Source of the DNA: a virus
IMG/VR virus record: IMGVR_UViG_3300033149_001571
Span: 4,357-68,356 of that record
Reading direction: 5' to 3' (one strand)
Length of the DNA: 64,000 nucleotides
Below the pieces are notes generated by a model. The model was not told the origin of the DNA. It did no database searches and saw only the letters and a list, made by a program, of their open reading frames with translations. Below, in pieces: positions 29,714 to 38,799 of this stretch; position 1 is the first letter of the stretch; each line of letters opens with the position of its first letter. The translations under genes and the position numbers were made by a program.

Positions 29714-30670
29714 TCAATCGTCGGCTACGGTATTCATGCTCCCGCCCTTCGGGGCGGCTTCGATGCTCGTAGCGAGCGCGGCGGTAGTGCCTACGGTACT
29801 AGCGGCGCTAAGCGTGTTCACGTAAAGCGGAGCTAGCACCGCGGCTGCCGTGGTCTCCGTAGCCCACGCGGCCACGAAAGCGGTTAATGCCCCGATGTAC
29901 GTCCACCACGCCGGATCGATCGCCGCGTTGCTCTGCGTTCGGTCCTTCACGCGGAAGACCCCCTCCGCCGGAAGAGGGAAGCCGCTAGGGTCTAGCGGGG
30001 GCGGTATGGTGGGGTTCGTGTTCGGGGTGGGCGTGTAGCTACCCCCCGGCTCCCCGGGCTCTACGAAGCCCTCTCCGGCTACCTCCGGGGGCGTGGGGGC
30101 GGTGGAGAAGCCTACCCCGCTCCCGATATGGGTACGGCCCCCCACTAACACCTGTTCCCCCGCGGAGACGCTCACCTCTACGGAGCCGCCGGAGTGAATC
30201 AAGATATCCGCCCCCTCTCCGGTCTCGATCGCGAAGATCTGCCCGGCGGCGGTCTTGACGAATGAGAACATAGGGGCCGGCGTTCCACTCGAAGACGTAG
30301 AGAGCCCCGCCACACTCCCGGGGAACGGCCACGATTGATCCGAGCACCTTCCGAGAATCACCGGGTCCCCGGTCTCCGCGTTCGGAAAGCCGACCACTAC
30401 CCGTTGCCCGTACGAGAGCGGGACGTAGGCCCCGCCGCCGTCCATGGAATCGAAGTCTAGCCGCGCTACGATCTCGTCCCCGCTCGGGGCTAGAGTCACC
30501 TCTACGAGAACGTCTCCGCCTTCGATGCGAGCGAAGGCCGGCGTAAGGTCCACATGCCCCACGGTGCCATACGATAGGAAATTCCGCGGGAAGCCGTTCG
30601 TCTGTTCTCGGATGCGCGAGAAATCGAGCGCGCGCTGGTGCGTTCGCGTGTAGGCTGGATTCTTCTTCAT
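29714..30670 (-). CDS. Baseplate spike/gpV-like protein
   Basis: N-terminal OB-fold pattern ending P...G.RV.V.F...D..PVILG, followed by a beta-repeat region; follows hub gene. Confidence 0.65.
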   Translation of the reverse strand: MKKNPAYTRTHQRALDFSRIREQTNGFPRNFLSYGTVGHVDLTPAFARIEGGDVLVEVTLAPSGDEIVARLDFDSMDGGGAYVPLSYGQRVVVGFPNAETGDPVILGRCSDQSWPFPGSVAGLSTSSSGTPAPMFSFVKTAAGQIFAIETGEGADILIHSGGSVEVSVSAGEQVLVGGRTHIGSGVGFSTAPTPPEVAGEGFVEPGEPGGSYTPTPNTNPTIPPPLDPSGFPLPAEGVFRVKDRTQSNAAIDPAWWTYIGALTAFVAAWATETTAAAVLAPLYVNTLSAASTVGTTAALATSIEAAPKGGSMNTVADD

Positions 30671-32646
30671 GGATTGAACCTCCGAAGCAATTCTAGCGCC
30701 GCGTCCGCTCCGGCTAGTTCTTCGTCTACCGCGTTCCGTGCGTCTAGGTAGTTAATCGCTTCGATCGAGAACTTGAATCCGCTAGTCGCGTCGAAATCGA
30801 TCCCCACCGTGCGGACGTAGAAGCGACGCTGTACCTTATCGCTCTCGCTCGCCCCCGCGGCTAGTGCTGCCGCCTCATCGGAGAATCCGTAGACTTCTAC
30901 GAGCGCGCGTGCTCTCCCCTCTAGCCCTAACGCCTCGAAGTTCCCGGCCTGAGTAACGAACGCCCCCGAGACCCCCGAGCCGGAGGATATCGAAGGAACC
31001 AGCGCGGTCTCGATAGGGTCCCCCGCCTGTAGCTGGAAGAGATCCGCGCGGCCCGTTCCCACGTTCTCGCGGAACCCGGCTAGAGCGGTCGTCTCTATGT
31101 TTACGAGGAATTCCCCGCGCCCCAACTGCTGGTAGATGGATTCCGCGATCCTGTTTAGAGTCTGCTGCGCGCTTCGTCCGTCTAGTGACCCGGGGATCCG
31201 GTCCTTTAGAAGAATCGTTAGGTACTCCGAACGATCCCCGAGCCCCTCCGCGTTCGCGGTCGCTCGGTTCGTGGCCGGGTCCGGTGGGTACTTCGTGGAT
31301 ATAGGCTCCCCCGTATCCGCCTCGATAGCGCTCACGGCTACCCCGGTCGGTACGTTGCGGCCGGTGAAGCTCCGGGAGATCGATACGCTGTCCACGTTGT
31401 ACCCGTAGACGAACTCCCGCACGTTCTTAGCGTCGTTTGGATAATAGGTCTTAGGTAGATCGATCACTAGCTCCGCCGGCGGTAGGGTGCCCGTCCGGTC
31501 CGCCTTCGTGGGCGTGCGGAAGTAGCAGATAAATCCCGCCCCTACACAGATATCGGTCACGAAGTCCCAATAGCTTATGGTCTCATTCGATCCGCCGGAC
31601 CTAGAGCGCTTCGCGTTCCCTTTGGAGTCGAAGTAGGTCGCCCCCTTCACTTGCGCGAGCGTGGGGAGGGGAGCCCCCGTCGCGTTCGTGACGCGGAGCC
31701 CTCGAAGCGCTGGGAGCCCGTAGCGGCGCGCGAGAATCGGTACGGCGTTCGTAGTGGCTTCCACCTCCTGAGCCTGTACGAGCGCCACCGTAGCTCTAGC
31801 GAGCGTCTCGTTAAGCCTTGCGATCTCGGATGTAATCGCGGTGTTCGTCGGCTCTCTCGCTTGCGCGGCGGTGAGCTTCGCGATCTTCTTCGTGAGATAC
31901 GAGATCTGGAATTGGAGCCGTCGCGAGTCCGTACGCGCATCGATCCGCCGCGGGTAGTCTTCCCCCACGGTGGGCGCGGTGATCTGCGCGTCTGGTTCGC
32001 CTACGATGATCTCCCGGATCACCTCATCAATCGCTAGATCCTTCGGGATACCCGAGAGCCCGCCGGTAGGCATGTTCGCATCGATTAGGACCGCGGTGAT
32101 ATCTCGGCACGTGATAGAGACCGCATCGTCTCCGTCTTGCGAGGCTTCCCAATCGTCTACGTACCCGCGGAATACTTCGTTGGATCTGACGTTGACGGTG
32201 GTTCCGTCTTTCGTGGTGCGGACTAGCTCCCCATCCACTAGCTGGATCGAGCTTAGCTCCGCGTCTTCGATCTCCGTCTCGGATTCTGGGATTAGGGTCG
32301 TACGAGACTCGCCGTAGATGGGGCCGATACCCCTAGCGTATTCGCCGGGGTCTAGGGTCCCCATAAACACCTGTACCGCGCACGCTCGGAGCCACCGCGG
32401 ATCTATGGGGAGTCTCCCGTAAGGGATCGTGATTCGAGCTTCGTCCGCGTTCCGGTAGCTGTTACGGGTGACGCTGCAATTGGTTGGGATGATCTTCTCA
32501 TCGATTAGAACGAATCCGTAATCCACCGGGTCCGTATCCGGTACGGCCGGACTCCGGTCCGGCGGTGCTGCGCGTACGAAGTCCTCGAAGCGAAGACGAA
32601 GACGGACCCAGCACTGTGGGTAGTAGACGTCCCCGCGCTGTGTCAC
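30667..32646 (-). CDS. Baseplate hub protein (gpD/Mu gp44-like)
   Basis: F.GYVD.......I.CRD....L.D motif; position between LysM tail protein and spike. Confidence 0.65.
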   Translation of the reverse strand: MTQRGDVYYPQCWVRLRLRFEDFVRAAPPDRSPAVPDTDPVDYGFVLIDEKIIPTNCSVTRNSYRNADEARITIPYGRLPIDPRWLRACAVQVFMGTLDPGEYARGIGPIYGESRTTLIPESETEIEDAELSSIQLVDGELVRTTKDGTTVNVRSNEVFRGYVDDWEASQDGDDAVSITCRDITAVLIDANMPTGGLSGIPKDLAIDEVIREIIVGEPDAQITAPTVGEDYPRRIDARTDSRRLQFQISYLTKKIAKLTAAQAREPTNTAITSEIARLNETLARATVALVQAQEVEATTNAVPILARRYGLPALRGLRVTNATGAPLPTLAQVKGATYFDSKGNAKRSRSGGSNETISYWDFVTDICVGAGFICYFRTPTKADRTGTLPPAELVIDLPKTYYPNDAKNVREFVYGYNVDSVSISRSFTGRNVPTGVAVSAIEADTGEPISTKYPPDPATNRATANAEGLGDRSEYLTILLKDRIPGSLDGRSAQQTLNRIAESIYQQLGRGEFLVNIETTALAGFRENVGTGRADLFQLQAGDPIETALVPSISSGSGVSGAFVTQAGNFEALGLEGRARALVEVYGFSDEAAALAAGASESDKVQRRFYVRTVGIDFDATSGFKFSIEAINYLDARNAVDEELAGADAALELLRRFNP

Positions 32647-33845
32647 GGACTACCGATCCCCTGATCTAGCCGCGGAACATAGATAGTCTGGCCGCGCGTG
32701 ATCAACTTAGACGCGAGCCCGTTAAAGTCCGCGATCGTGGTCCACTCGTCCGGGTCTCCGTAGTATTCGGTTGATACGTCTACGAGGGACGTACCCTCCC
32801 GGCCTTGAACGATAGCGAGAAGATCCGGGGACTCTAGCTCTTCGATCTGGGAGCGTGTAGTAGCGGCCTCCACCCCGAGACGCCTAGCGTTCGCGGCGAT
32901 AACTTGCGCGGCTGTAGCGGCCTCGTTCACCGCGATGGGGTTCCCGTCTTCCTTAGCTGCCGCGTAGGCTTGCGGGACTCGGTTCGCGGTGTCTACGACG
33001 TCACGAGCCGCGAGAACGATCGACGTTAACTGTTCTTTGATCGTTCCGAGAACCTCTAGCGGAATCAGTCCGCCCGCTACGATAGCCTCGAAGCTCTCGA
33101 TTAGAGAGCCGGCGAGAGATGCCAGACGGGTGATCCTTTGCGTGATGAGAGTGACCGATCCGCGAAGAAGAGCCAGCGCAGTGTTGATCTGGTTAATGAA
33201 CTCTTGAACCGCTGAGATTAGCTGAGCGAGCAATCCCGGGACGTCCAGCCGCGGCTTCTCGTTTATGGTCTGCGGTGCTACGGAATCACCGATCCACTTA
33301 AACTCAATCTCCCACCCTATGTCTTCTTCACGGTCATGAGTCGGATCGAATCTCTCGATAAACCCGAAGCGCACGAGAGAGCCCCACTCCACCCGGAGAA
33401 GCTGTCCGGCTCTCTGTAGTAGGTAGATCGCGTCTCGCACCGTTCGCGCTCGTGTAGCGTCTCCGGTGGGCACCGCCCCGCCACTATCGAAGCTCTTCCC
33501 TCCGATAGCGTTCGACCCGGACCGCCCCGGTGGGGCTACCGCGGGGAAATTGAGAAGAGTGACCCGCGAATCCTGCCGGTCTAGAAATACGTCCTTCCAC
33601 TTCCCCGAGATCGTAGTATTTGACCACGTAGGACCTAGCACCTGAGCCTGTGCGACCGGGTTCCCGGGGAAGTATTTCACCTCCACGCGCTCTTCGCTTC
33701 CCCACGTCACGCCGCGGTAAGGGAGCGAGCGCCCCCGTAGAACGAGCGCGCGGCCTTCCCCCGTGGTCTCGCTAATCGAGAAGGGGAACGCCTGCGAGGG
33801 GACGCGCTCCGCGGCCTGTAGCGCTCGGGGGTTAAGGAGGACCAT
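32643..33845 (-). CDS. Tail tube initiator-like protein with C-terminal LysM domain
   Basis: C-terminal SL..VS.EYYGDPDEW..IADFNGL.....GQ.IYVP; directly after tape measure. Confidence 0.75.
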   Translation of the reverse strand: MVLLNPRALQAAERVPSQAFPFSISETTGEGRALVLRGRSLPYRGVTWGSEERVEVKYFPGNPVAQAQVLGPTWSNTTISGKWKDVFLDRQDSRVTLLNFPAVAPPGRSGSNAIGGKSFDSGGAVPTGDATRARTVRDAIYLLQRAGQLLRVEWGSLVRFGFIERFDPTHDREEDIGWEIEFKWIGDSVAPQTINEKPRLDVPGLLAQLISAVQEFINQINTALALLRGSVTLITQRITRLASLAGSLIESFEAIVAGGLIPLEVLGTIKEQLTSIVLAARDVVDTANRVPQAYAAAKEDGNPIAVNEAATAAQVIAANARRLGVEAATTRSQIEELESPDLLAIVQGREGTSLVDVSTEYYGDPDEWTTIADFNGLASKLITRGQTIYVPRLDQGIGSP

Positions 33846-33854
33846 AGCTCTAGC

Positions 33855-36068
33855 CTACACTCCCGAAGCCGGTAGCGCGGTGCTCTGCGTCCGCTTGCGG
33901 ACGCTCTCGTCTACCGCCTTGTAAAAGGCACCGATTACGCGGTCCGGATCCTGATTCCTGAGATCCTGATTAACCACCATCTTATGAATGTTCGTCACGT
34001 TCCCCGCGGGACCGCCGGGCCCCTCCCCCGTCTGCGTCCCCCGGCTGAGCGGCCCGCCGTCCCCTAGCCCCTTGTCCGCCTTCTTCTGCGCGCTAGCCCA
34101 CGCCTTCCGAAACTTGCCAGAAGAGAGCCCCTCCGTGATTCGGTCCGCCGCGTTCCATAGCTGGGTAGAGTCCTTCGCATCCTGCTGGATATCCTTAACG
34201 GTCCCGGTCATGCTCGCCCGGAGCCTAGATACGGAATCGGTCATCGAATCCGCCGCGCCGCTAACCTTATCCCCTAGCCCCGTTAGATTCATTTGGTAGG
34301 CCGCGTCCGCTACTACTCGGAGGAGTCCCCGGATCATGTGAGCGAATCCGGTGATTACTGCTAGGAACCCGAGCTTAACAACTCGAAGACCCGCGGTGAA
34401 AGCATTGAACACGTACTGAAAGGCTCCGGCTATTTTCATCCCCACCGCGAGAGCACCGGTAAGGGAGTAGACGGCATCCGCCGCCATGTTGATTACTCCC
34501 TGGGCACCGCTCGTGGTGTCCGTGAAGCCTAGTATCTCTTCGCCCGCGAGACGGAGCCCGTCTAGCATGGACTCGAACGCATCTAGCAGCGGCCCGATCG
34601 TGATCGTTCCATCTCGAACACCTTTTAAGATCTCATCCCACCGCGAGACGAAAGCCATAACGATAGCGCCGCCGGCCGCTGCTACCCCCACGAGCGCCGC
34701 CGCTCCGACTAGGAAGATCGGGAGCGCGAAGAGAGCGGCGCTACCCATAGACATAATCGCGGGTCCTAGCTTCGCGATTGAGCCGGCCGCGCCTCCGGAC
34801 TGTAAGAGCTTAGCGATCCCACCGATCGCCCCCTTCGCCGCGCCGCCTACCGCTCCGGCCGCCTTACCTACGCGGCCCGCCGCCATGAGACCGCCACCTA
34901 CCACCGCCCGCGCGGCGGCTACCTTAACGAAGAGAGTCGCCGCACGTAAACCCGTATCGAACGCCGTCTGTAATCTCGCGATGATGCTAGGCCAGTTATC
35001 CGCGAGATAGGAGATCCACCCTTCCATCTTCCCCGCGAAGTAGTCCGCCGCTTCCCCGATACGAGACCCGAGCGAAGCCCCTAGGTTCCGGAGCTTCTGC
35101 ATGGTCTGCCCCGTAGGGTCTAGGACTCCGCCCTCTCCCACCATGCTCTTGAATCGATCTTTGAGCTTCGAGAAGGCTACTTGACCGATCTCCTTCTGGA
35201 TAATCTGAAAGTCCGAGAAGATCGTAGACGTGAGACCGGTCCACGTCTCGCCTAGAGCTTCCGTCGCGGTGCCTAGCTTCTTCGTAGCGGACCGGATTAG
35301 CTCGTACCTCTTCTCCGGTGCTAGACGGTTGAATTCGCGGGTGAGCTTCTCGCCCATCTGCATATTCTCCCCGAAGTACCCGAGAGCCTGCCCCGCATCT
35401 AGAATCGGCTTCTGTAAGACCTTCCACGTCTGGAATTCCGCGCCCGCTCCACCGGTAAGGATGCGCGAAAGCTGGGCACCCGTCGTCGCGAAGTCTCCAC
35501 CCATAACTAGACCTAGGGCTAGAGATTCCTTCGATAAGTCTAGGATGCTTTGCATATTATCCGTAACGGCTCGCGCACCCGGGAGCATGTTCTGAAACAT
35601 GATCCGGGCTTGATCGAAGCTCGCCGGACTCTTCGCGGCGATCATGAAGAGACGATCCATGGTCGTCTCCCCGATCTCTAGATTCTTTCGGAACTGCTCC
35701 GCGGCGGCGTTCGCCGGGTCCATCCCGTCCGCTACCAACGTCTTAAACGTGGAGACGGAGTGATCCATTAACTGGAGCGTGGTCGCAATCGTGTACTGCG
35801 TGTTTTCAAGCTCCACGTTAAAGCGGACCGCCCCCGCCACGAGAGCACCGAAGCCCGCCGCACCTGCGAGCACCGTAGCGCTCCCCGCCATAACCGCGAA
35901 CGCCTTCCCGGCCGCGATCGTGTTCCCTGCGATTCTTTGGCCGGCGCGATCCATCGCGTCCGCGCTCTTCATGAATCCGCGGGAGAATTTTTGCATCGCG
36001 GAGGCTTGCTTCTTCGCCCCGGACGCTTCGAGAATCGCCCGGACGTGGTATTCGATTCCTTCGGCCAT
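33855..36068 (-). CDS. Tape measure protein
   Basis: 737-aa Ala/Gly-rich helical protein with hydrophobic stretches, T..G..ST..D motif; follows tube and chaperones. Confidence 0.8.
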   Translation of the reverse strand: MAEGIEYHVRAILEASGAKKQASAMQKFSRGFMKSADAMDRAGQRIAGNTIAAGKAFAVMAGSATVLAGAAGFGALVAGAVRFNVELENTQYTIATTLQLMDHSVSTFKTLVADGMDPANAAAEQFRKNLEIGETTMDRLFMIAAKSPASFDQARIMFQNMLPGARAVTDNMQSILDLSKESLALGLVMGGDFATTGAQLSRILTGGAGAEFQTWKVLQKPILDAGQALGYFGENMQMGEKLTREFNRLAPEKRYELIRSATKKLGTATEALGETWTGLTSTIFSDFQIIQKEIGQVAFSKLKDRFKSMVGEGGVLDPTGQTMQKLRNLGASLGSRIGEAADYFAGKMEGWISYLADNWPSIIARLQTAFDTGLRAATLFVKVAAARAVVGGGLMAAGRVGKAAGAVGGAAKGAIGGIAKLLQSGGAAGSIAKLGPAIMSMGSAALFALPIFLVGAAALVGVAAAGGAIVMAFVSRWDEILKGVRDGTITIGPLLDAFESMLDGLRLAGEEILGFTDTTSGAQGVINMAADAVYSLTGALAVGMKIAGAFQYVFNAFTAGLRVVKLGFLAVITGFAHMIRGLLRVVADAAYQMNLTGLGDKVSGAADSMTDSVSRLRASMTGTVKDIQQDAKDSTQLWNAADRITEGLSSGKFRKAWASAQKKADKGLGDGGPLSRGTQTGEGPGGPAGNVTNIHKMVVNQDLRNQDPDRVIGAFYKAVDESVRKRTQSTALPASGV

Positions 36069-36084
36069 GCCCCTAGAGTCTACC

Positions 36085-36408
36085 CTACCGCGGCGCTCCC
36101 CCGCGAGAGCGGAAGGGGTCTCCCCCCTTCTTGTGCTCTTCTTCGAGGTACTGGCCGACGAAGGTAGCCACCCGGAAGAGCTTCGAGATCGGCCACCGTT
36201 CTACGTCGTCGATTCTTTGATTACCGTAGCGAGCGACGAAGACTACCGTCTTCCACACTCCCCGAAACTCGCGGATCCAATCCCGCGCGAACATGGATAC
36301 CCACCGGTCCCACGAGAGCCTGTAGGTCTCTTCGAGACTCTTCGTAGGCTCCGGGGGCGGCGGTGCTGCTACCAGTATCCCACCCTCTAGCGCGAGCGTG
36401 GGGGGCAT
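36085..36408 (-). CDS. Tail assembly chaperone, second part (possibly expressed by frameshift)
   Basis: Between chaperone and TMP; reading frame is open upstream to 36525, overlapping the first chaperone. Confidence 0.5.
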   Translation of the reverse strand: MPPTLALEGGILVAAPPPPEPTKSLEETYRLSWDRWVSMFARDWIREFRGVWKTVVFVARYGNQRIDDVERWPISKLFRVATFVGQYLEEEHKKGGDPFRSRGGAPR

Positions 36409-36445
36409 GACCCACCGCGGCGGATCTTCTTCGGCTAGCTGCGCG

Positions 36446-36847
36446 CTAGTGGCCGGGCTTCCCGGAAGAGAGAAACATCTCCACGTCCACCTCTTCCACG
36501 CTTTGCATACGCATAAAGGCCGCCTCTACGAGACGGCGGCCCTTCGAGCCGATCGCGTCCCACCACGCCTCTAGCTTCGCTCTCTCGCGCGCCGCCTTCC
36601 ATTCCCCCACCTGCCACACTGCCGCGAACATAAGCTCTCTCCCTAGCGCGCTCGCGTTCTGCCCGGCGATCTTCGCCGCGTGGTCCTGCTGGCGCGGGCT
36701 AATCTCCGTCATCTTAAACGAGCGATCCGCCTCCGAGAAGCCGGACGAACCCCACCCGAGTCCCACCATGGACTCCGGGATCGTGTACTCGATAAAGGGG
36801 CGCTCTGATTCTGTTTTGATTTGTTTCGGTAGTCCGAGATCCGACAT
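36446..36847 (-). CDS. Tail assembly chaperone
   Basis: 133 aa, canonical position between tube and tape measure. Confidence 0.55.
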   Translation of the reverse strand: MSDLGLPKQIKTESERPFIEYTIPESMVGLGWGSSGFSEADRSFKMTEISPRQQDHAAKIAGQNASALGRELMFAAVWQVGEWKAARERAKLEAWWDAIGSKGRRLVEAAFMRMQSVEEVDVEMFLSSGKPGH

Positions 36848-36908
36848 AGGGGAAGTCTCCTAGCGCTTCGAGGTTACACGAAGAGCGCGGAGAGCGTAAG
36901 GGGTGTCC

Positions 36909-37259
36909 GTGCTCCCCTTCGACGTAGACGGCCGCGAGGTAGCGGCGGACCTAGAGGATCTCCGGTGGGACCGCTACGGCCCGGACGGCGTTCTAGTAGA
37001 GCGCCACGTAGGCGCGGACATTGTGGAGAAGCGCGGCCCGTGGGCTACCGTGATTCTTTCGGTTCAAGATAAGAAGCGGGGGCGGTGGCTCGCTACCCGC
37101 TACGTCTTCGCCCGGTACCGGAAGGAAGCCGGCGCGTGGAGATTACAGAGCTACTTTCGCGCTTCCCCCTCCGTCTTCGAGGCTCTTCCCGCGAAGATCT
37201 CCGAAGCTCTAACCCTAACCCCTGAAAGAGAGAAAGACATATGTGGATCTTCTTCCTAG
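36909..37259 (+). CDS. Hypothetical protein (opposite-strand insert)
   Basis: Genome-typical codon usage; GCGTAAG (36894-36900) lies 8 nt before GTG 36909. Confidence 0.55.
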   Translation: MLPFDVDGREVAADLEDLRWDRYGPDGVLVERHVGADIVEKRGPWATVILSVQDKKRGRWLATRYVFARYRKEAGAWRLQSYFRASPSVFEALPAKISEALTLTPEREKDICGSSS

Positions 37260-37597
37260 GCGGCTTCGTGTCCGCCGTCGTACACCGCCACGATTCGAGC
37301 CGGGTAATCGTACGAGCCCGCGAGCGGGAGCACCTCGAAGGCTTCCTAGACCGCGAGCCCGGTACCCATGAGACCCGCCATATAAAAGAGACCCCGGGAG
37401 CGGACTACCGATACCGGGCCATTATGCCCCGCGTCCAGTTCGCGCGGACGCTCTCCACGATCGCGCTCTCCATGGAAGCGACGAACTTTAAGGACTCCGT
37501 AGCGGAGGCCGGAGCCCCGCGCCGGTGGCTATCGGTGCTCTCGAAGGTGTGGACAGTCCTCTGGAACTTCCAAGAGACGAACCACGCTAGGCCCTAG
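37241..37597 (+). CDS. Conserved-looking hypothetical phage protein
   Basis: MWIF...GF.S.V...VRAR...DY.YR...NFK pattern; overlaps previous ORF. Confidence 0.6.
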   Translation: MWIFFLGGFVSAVVHRHDSSRVIVRAREREHLEGFLDREPGTHETRHIKETPGADYRYRAIMPRVQFARTLSTIALSMEATNFKDSVAEAGAPRRWLSVLSKVWTVLWNFQETNHARP

Positions 37598-37958
37598 AAG
37601 CCTCGAAGCTCTCGGGGGTACCTAGACCCCGCTCTAGCACCGCGAAGACCTTAGCGGGCTCGATACGCTCGCCGGACGTCACCTCTACCGAGTACCGGCC
37701 GGGGAGTCTCCCGGCCTTCGTGTAGGTGTGGATTGCGACCGTCCCCCCGGGGAAGACCAGACACCCGGAGACCCCTTCGCCGCTCCCGTCCGCGAGTCGA
37801 GTCACGCTAGGCCGGTGGGCGCTCTGAGAGCCCCCGAGAGCCTCCGCGAGCCCTTGGAGTATCTCGCACACGGTATCGGAGTCCGCGAGCTTAGGAGCGC
37901 TCTCCGAGCCTACGAGCGCCTCTACGGTGAAGCCGTATAGCGTTTCTCGGTCGGTCAC
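37587..37958 (-). CDS. S-adenosylmethionine decarboxylase (SpeD)-like protein lacking the ES cleavage motif
   Basis: GVSGCLVFPGGTVAIHTY...YSVEVTS aligns by eye with GVSG...LAESH..IHTWPE...DVFTC. Confidence 0.55.
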   Translation of the reverse strand: MTDRETLYGFTVEALVGSESAPKLADSDTVCEILQGLAEALGGSQSAHRPSVTRLADGSGEGVSGCLVFPGGTVAIHTYTKAGRLPGRYSVEVTSGERIEPAKVFAVLERGLGTPESFEASRA

Positions 37959-38338
37959 TTCTTCCCCCGGCGTCCCTTCGGGTTCCCGCGGACGTAGCTC
38001 TGTGATGCCGGCGGGTTCTTCTTATCGCCACCCGGCCCGGACCAGAAGACCTTATCCGCCCAATACGCCGCGGACGTCTTCCCCTTCGCGATGTTCTTCG
38101 CGTGGCGGGCCTTGAACGCCGCGCGGGCTTCCGGGCTGTAGTTGTGCCCCATCTTCTGATCCCCGAAGCGGATCGTCTTTACCGCGTCCCCGTCCTTCAC
38201 GACCACCACCGCCTTCTTCGTCGGGTGGCTCGGGGTCTTCTTCGGCTTATTCAACCCAGACACGCCGGCGCGCTTAACGGCCGCCGCTACCTTCGAGGCG
38301 GTCCCCGTCTTCGCGCTCTTCTTCTTCGACGCGGCCAC
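37955..38338 (-). CDS. Lys-rich conserved phage protein (DUF5754-like)
   Basis: NKPK.TP.HPTKK..V..K.G..VK.IRFG...R..FKARH......SA.YWA...W. Confidence 0.55.
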   Translation of the reverse strand: MAASKKKSAKTGTASKVAAAVKRAGVSGLNKPKKTPSHPTKKAVVVVKDGDAVKTIRFGDQKMGHNYSPEARAAFKARHAKNIAKGKTSAAYWADKVFWSGPGGDKKNPPASQSYVRGNPKGRRGKK

Positions 38339-38341
38339 GGG

Positions 38342-38779
38342 CTAGTTAATGATCTTGTAATCGCTCGCCTTGCCGGAGAGCGTAAAGCCTACGAACTCAT
38401 CCCGGCCGCCGATATCGAAGGGGATACCCTCGAAGAACACATCCGTAATCACTATGCTCGGGAACTCGCCATTGGGGAAGGCGAAAGATCCGATAATATC
38501 GATCTGGCTGATACCTCCGGCCCGGTTCTGAGCCCGCCCGGCGATAGCGTCCGCAAGCTCTAGATAGCTCTGGCTGTTCGTGTGCCCTTGCACGTTCACG
38601 CGGATTAGCTTGAACACCGAATCCACCCGGTCCGACGTCTCCCCGAGATAGCCCTCTTCCATTAGGTCTAACTCGAACTCGATCTCTGCGCTCTGTACGG
38701 TGTCGATCTGAGTCTGTAGAGCACCGTCCACCGTGATCGCGATGCTAACCTCTTGGCCTTTGATTCTCTGCGCTGGCAT
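38342..38779 (-). CDS. Tail tube protein
   Basis: 145-aa beta-rich acidic protein directly downstream of sheath. Confidence 0.75.
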   Translation of the reverse strand: MPAQRIKGQEVSIAITVDGALQTQIDTVQSAEIEFELDLMEEGYLGETSDRVDSVFKLIRVNVQGHTNSQSYLELADAIAGRAQNRAGGISQIDIIGSFAFPNGEFPSIVITDVFFEGIPFDIGGRDEFVGFTLSGKASDYKIIN

Positions 38780-38799
38780 TGTCTTACGTCCCTTCTAGT

